Shown here one piece after another: positions 57,254-64,000 of a DNA stretch of 64,000 nt. Each line of letters opens with the position of its first letter. Positions within the stretch are counted from its first letter, which is position 1. Both the position numbers and the translations under genes were made by a program. The DNA is from the human T2T-CHM13v2.0 reference genome, Homo sapiens: the NCBI RefSeq assembly GCF_009914755.1, contig NC_060941.1; one strand, given 5' to 3'. The notes under the pieces are model-generated. The model had not been told where the DNA came from. It saw nothing but the letters and a program-made list of their open reading frames with translations, and did not search any database.

Positions 57254-57396
57254 CTAAAATGCCTGACCACTTATGGGGCCAGAGCTGGGGCTTCCAGGTG
57301 AAACTTCCCCTAAAATGGGCGGCCACTTATGGTGTCAGAGCCGAAACTTCCCCTAAAATGGGCGGCCACTTATGGTGTCAGAGCTGGAACTTCCAG
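57254..57396. repeat. ~43-bp imperfect tandem repeat, ~3 units
   Basis: gaaacttcccctaaaatgggcggccacttatggtgtcagagc at 57300 and 57343, plus a diverged first unit. Confidence 0.88.
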
Positions 57397-58164
57397 CTGC
57401 TCCCCCTCTCCCAGTTCTTTTGTCCTTGTCCCTAGAGTTTTGGTCTCCAAGCAATCGGTTCTGTGTTTTTGTTTGTAGGCTCAATTTTAAACCACATTTT
57501 GTAAAGGCACTTCTCAAAAGGCAAAGATAAAAACACTGAAGCTCTTAAGAGCGCCTGTCTGGCTGCCAAGCCATTGTTCTACTCAAATGTCGAATGAAAA
57601 GGGAGAAACAGAATGATGATTGTATTTGAATTGCTTCCAAGGAAAAGTAACCTCCAGCAAAACTCTAGGCCCACTTTGCTAGAAATCCTGGCACGTCGGC
57701 AACAGAAATGGAGGCAGAAAATTGCATCTTTCAGAAAGCAGAGTATCAAACAGGAAAAGCCACAAGGAGTGAGGTGCTGTGAGGTTCCCGTGGTGCAGGA
57801 TCCATTTTATCCTTTCTACTTCTTCCTGCTGAAAATGAGATTATTTAAAACAATTTAAAAGACAATTTTCCCTGCAAGGGGCCTTTTGGAAATGAGTCAA
57901 AGTCAAATCCCTTGTTTTACGTAAAATTAACGTATGACATTTCAAAGTTACCGAACTAAAAAAAAGGAAAATAAATATAAACACATTCCAAAACTTAAAA
58001 ATGAAGGAGATTTCAGACAGTCCCTCCTGGTAAAATGTGAAATTGCACCCCAGCTGCAGTAGCTACTGTAAATATCCAAGGAATCAGTTTTAAGTGTTTG
58101 GGGATCCCAGGGATCCCTGCAAAGCACTCAGGATTTTAACATTAAGCTCACAAATTACAGCAGC

Positions 58165-58416
<252 letters not shown>

Positions 58417-58629
58417 TTACAGCAACCAACAGGCCTCTAGGTTAGTTACCACCCTAACCTCTTCGTTGTAAATTTTCAAACCACCTTGAAGGTGGGTATT
58501 TTTGGTGGGTCTTTATCTTCATTCATTAATCACATTATCAGACATTCCCTGTGTGTCCTGTTCTGTTATACATGCTGAAGCTACAAATCAAACGTCCGCT
58601 TTGCCTCCAACAAGATTCCCTGTTCCTAA

Positions 58630-58947
<318 letters not shown>

Positions 58948-60022
58948 GCTCACATCTTTACTCATGAACCTAAACTCACAGAGCAGCCCCACACTGTCGT
59001 CTGTGGAAACCACACCAGCTCCTCCTCTTCCTTCTGGACCTGCTGTCCCACCCTACGCCCATTTTTTATCTCCACCCACTCTTTGAACTTAGCACTGGTG
59101 TCTACAGGCTCGATTCCCAGCTCTCCCACAAGGACGTGGCTCAGACGCACGTCACCATCTCAACCCAATGTAGGCCACCCGCTGCAGGCGAGCTTCCCTA
59201 CCCAATCCGACCTCCTAGACGGACACCCCAGGTTCCAGCCCTACAAGGGGCGCGTACTGGCACAACAGGCGGGCGTGGCTCTCGCTCCCCAGGAAGGCCT
59301 CGCAGAGGTGGGGACAAGGGCGGATGGGAAAGGGGATAAGCGACAGGAGAGGGGGGACTCCCGTTCCAAACAAAGGGGACTGCGTACTGGTGAAGAAGAA
59401 TGTGGTCTGTATTCAGTTTTGTTGACAAGAACCCCTAATGGATAATAATAAAATGTTTACTGAGCTCGTACTTTATGGAAGACACATGGCTCACGGCAGG
59501 GCCCGGCACATCACAAAAACTCACTCCGTATTTGCAGCATAAAGGAAATCTCAGTTTCAGTTTTAAAAGTTGTGTGTCTAAACCAGAAAATAACTCATAA
59601 CATGATCCTACTAAGAAGATGGGCCAAAAACAGACAAAAGAAACACGAGAACACTCAATATCACCTCCCCCAAAACAACACAGCATTTTCCTCCTGTAAT
59701 CAAACAATCACAAACCAGGCTGTGCTGGGCCTGGCCGTTGTGCCAGAAACAGCCCCAGAACCCTGGGCCCAAAGGGGTCTGGTCTTGATTAAGATTATTT
59801 TCCTTTGTAACGTTCGGTTTGGAGGAAAAGGCGGGAGGGTCGGAAGGAAATGGGAGGAGCGCACGATCCATCAGCGAGTTTCATCGCAGCGTTTCATCTC
59901 CTTCGTGAACTGGGCTCAGGGAGGCCGTGACTCCCATTTCCATTTGGCTCCCGAGTCAATCACTCACTTTCATTCCAGCTACTTTTTGTCTTAATTTCTT
60001 GACTTAAAAAGGGTTTGGTTGA

Positions 60023-60362
<340 letters not shown>

Positions 60363-60413
60363 TCAGAAAACAAAGTAAGTTAAACTACGTTTCCACAGCC
60401 TCCTTCCTCATTA

Positions 60414-60921
<508 letters not shown>

Positions 60922-61554
60922 TTATTACAATACTCTGTCAATGCAGGGCAATCATTCCTTAAGATGCTAGAAAACGTGTTATTGTAACACGAGGAAAAAG
61001 CCCTGTAATCTCAGCACAACCAGAAATTAAAGTGGCAGTTTTGGGAGGACGCAGTCAAACGGCTTTCTACAGCACCTCCTCGTATCGTGGGTTACAGAAC
61101 CTACGTCGTCCTCGGAATCCCCGCATTCGTCCCACGCGGCCCTCAGACACGGGCTCTGGTTCAAGGTGGGAGACAGAGACAACACCAATCAGCCCTTACC
61201 AGGCAGTGCGTGGCTCCAGAACAACAACTGAAAATAATATTGGAACGCAGTCCAGAAAATACAACTAGGGGCAGAGCGGTCCGGCACAAAACACCAGGAA
61301 ACGCTCTCCCTTCCATCATTCAATCTTGGCGGACCACACTGGTATGCGACCTCATCTAGCTACATAGCTACACCTCCCTCTTGTCACCTTGCAGACTGGT
61401 ATTCACTAACCCCCAGGCCATGGCGGAAAATGTACCTTCCATCTCTCTCTGCCTCAGCCCCCACCGGCACCCTTGGTGCCTTCATCACCCATCCAGAGCA
61501 ACTACCCACTTCCATGGCCTCCTCCATGTGAGGACCTCCGCCTCCAACTCTCTT

Positions 61555-61708
61555 CGAGCCACCACGCGGTGCAAATGTTTGTATTTTTGGTGGAGACAAG
61601 GTTTCGCCATGTTGCCCAGGCTGGTCTTGAACTCCTGGGCTCAAGCGATCAGCCCATCTCAGCCGCCCAAAGTGCTGGGATGACAAGCACGAGCCATCAC
61701 GCCCAGTC
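61555..61708 (-). mobile_element. Alu left-arm fragment (J-type)
   Basis: ttgtatttttggtggagac...gagccatcacgcccag. Confidence 0.82.
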
Positions 61709-62102
61709 TACACCCCGAAATCCAACATTACAAACTTATCAATGCTGCCTCCTGTCATCTCCCCCCGCCCCTGGCTCCCGCTTTGACCTGGAGGAATCTG
61801 GCAACGTCAACATCAAGTGATTGTTCAAATTCAGCCAAGGGGGCCGATGAGGTGCCCATGTGGCTCTCCTCCCAGCCCCGAGCGCCTGGGGATACCTAGG
61901 CCCTCCTGTCATGCCCCAAGGCCAATGTAGCCTTGGGGATGCCGAGCCTGCCTGATCCCAATTCCTCCAGCGTTCTCCTCCCAGGGTTCCGCTCCCTCCC
62001 CAAGTGACCAGCCCTCACCAGCTCACTCCAGCTCTGCAGCGTTCTCCCAGGCTCTCAACCCTCGACGCTCATCCAGGTTCATTCGCCATCCATATGCCCT
62101 AG

Positions 62103-62529
<427 letters not shown>

Positions 62530-63112
62530 TCTATGTGACCTTTATATGTTTCTTAACCTCTTTGTGACTCAGTTTTCTCATTTGTAAAATAAAGAGAAGA
62601 GCATCTATATCACAGCTTTGTAGTGAGAGTTAGACGGGACGGCGTTCAGCCACCCTCAGAGCAGCGGCTGGCACACAGGGGAGCCCCTTCCTCTGCTCAC
62701 TCCTTCCTCTTCCTCCACCTACAGGGTCAAGTCTTTACCACTCAAAAGGTAACTGTTTATCCCCAGGCAACCTCTATGTTCCTCTGGCTCAGCCCCAAGC
62801 TCCCTGACTCACCACAGCCTCCTCCTACCCCGGCTCCCTCTCCGCACTCACAAGCCGGCTCTCAGCGGGGCCACCAACAACACCCAGCGGAACCCGTCAT
62901 CTTGTTCCGGTCCACGGCGCCCCCTGAAACTGCTGCTTTCCATCTTTTCCTCGAAACGCTTCCCGCACCTCTCCTGGCCCCTCTGCATCTGTGGCTTGTC
63001 CTTGGTCCCCTACGCCAGCCCCTCTGCCTGCCCCTGAATGCTGGGGGTGATGGTTTCACCCTTGGCTTTCTCCTCCTGTCCCGAAGATGAGTCCATCTGC
63101 TCCAGCACGCTA

Positions 63113-63360
63113 GACAACACCTGGCCGGCCCAGGCTCTCATCCTCACTGCCCCTGGACAACACCTGGCAGGCCCAGGCTCTCATCCTCACTGCCCCTGGA
63201 CAACACCTGGCCGGCCCAGGCTCTCATCCTCACTGCCCCTGGACAACACCTGGCCGGCCCAGGCTCTCATCCTCACTGCCCCTGGACAACACCTGGCCGG
63301 CCCAGGCTCTCATCCTCACTGCCCCTGGACAACACCTGGCAGGCCCAGGCTCTCTCCCTC
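63113..63360. repeat. 43-bp minisatellite, ~6 units, within an L2-like remnant
   Basis: gacaacacctggc.ggcccaggctctcatcctcactgcccctg at 63113, 63156, 63199, 63242, 63285 and 63328; L2-like cctcaaactcaacatttctaaaattga downstream. Confidence 0.93.
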
Positions 63361-63667
63361 ATTGGCCACTGGCATCTCTTCTGGGCTCTACCTGCCCGCA
63401 GTCTCACCTGTATCCCAAGGGAACCTCAAACTCAACATTTCTAAAATTGAGGTTACCGCCTTCCTCCAACCTGCTTCTCCCTCTGTATTTCTTATATAGA
63501 CTGAAGACATCGCTGTCAACCCAGCTCCCCACATCAACCCTTTGGTAGTAGACTGGGCAAAGGGCCTCATTCTAAGAAACCCTTTTCAGCGGGTAACTGT
63601 GACTTTGTTGGCCAACAGAAACGGGTTAGCCCTGTATTCAGGGATATGACTTAAAGCTGTAAGAATT

Positions 63668-64000
<333 letters not shown>

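Overview
Primate (human/great-ape-type) non-coding genomic DNA. About 75 Alu elements (J, S and Y types, roughly a third of the window) sit on a background of older elements: L1M 3' fragments, L2, MIR, MER8, MER20 and MER33 DNA transposons, and MLT2 and THE1D solo LTRs. No protein-coding exon, RNA gene or CRISPR array can be supported; the long ORFs in the track are readings of Alus or minisatellites, and no host gene is identifiable. The distinctive feature is a very high density of tandem duplication at every stage: six minisatellites (33, 42, 37, 37, 28-30 and 43 bp units), an Alu with a perfectly triplicated 135-bp arm, a perfect 141-bp duplication and many two-copy duplications. Several of these multiply transcription-factor motifs (ETS, TCF/LEF, CArG). 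Other signals are a templated Alu-to-Alu insertion that preserves the donor's pre-insertion state, and a non-consensus T>G variant shared by 14 Alus. This fits a large intron or intergenic region in a GC-rich, high-recombination, subtelomeric-type compartment (inference). Repeat family and subfamily calls are from recalled consensus sequences, boundaries are approximate, and all regulatory interpretations are untested.
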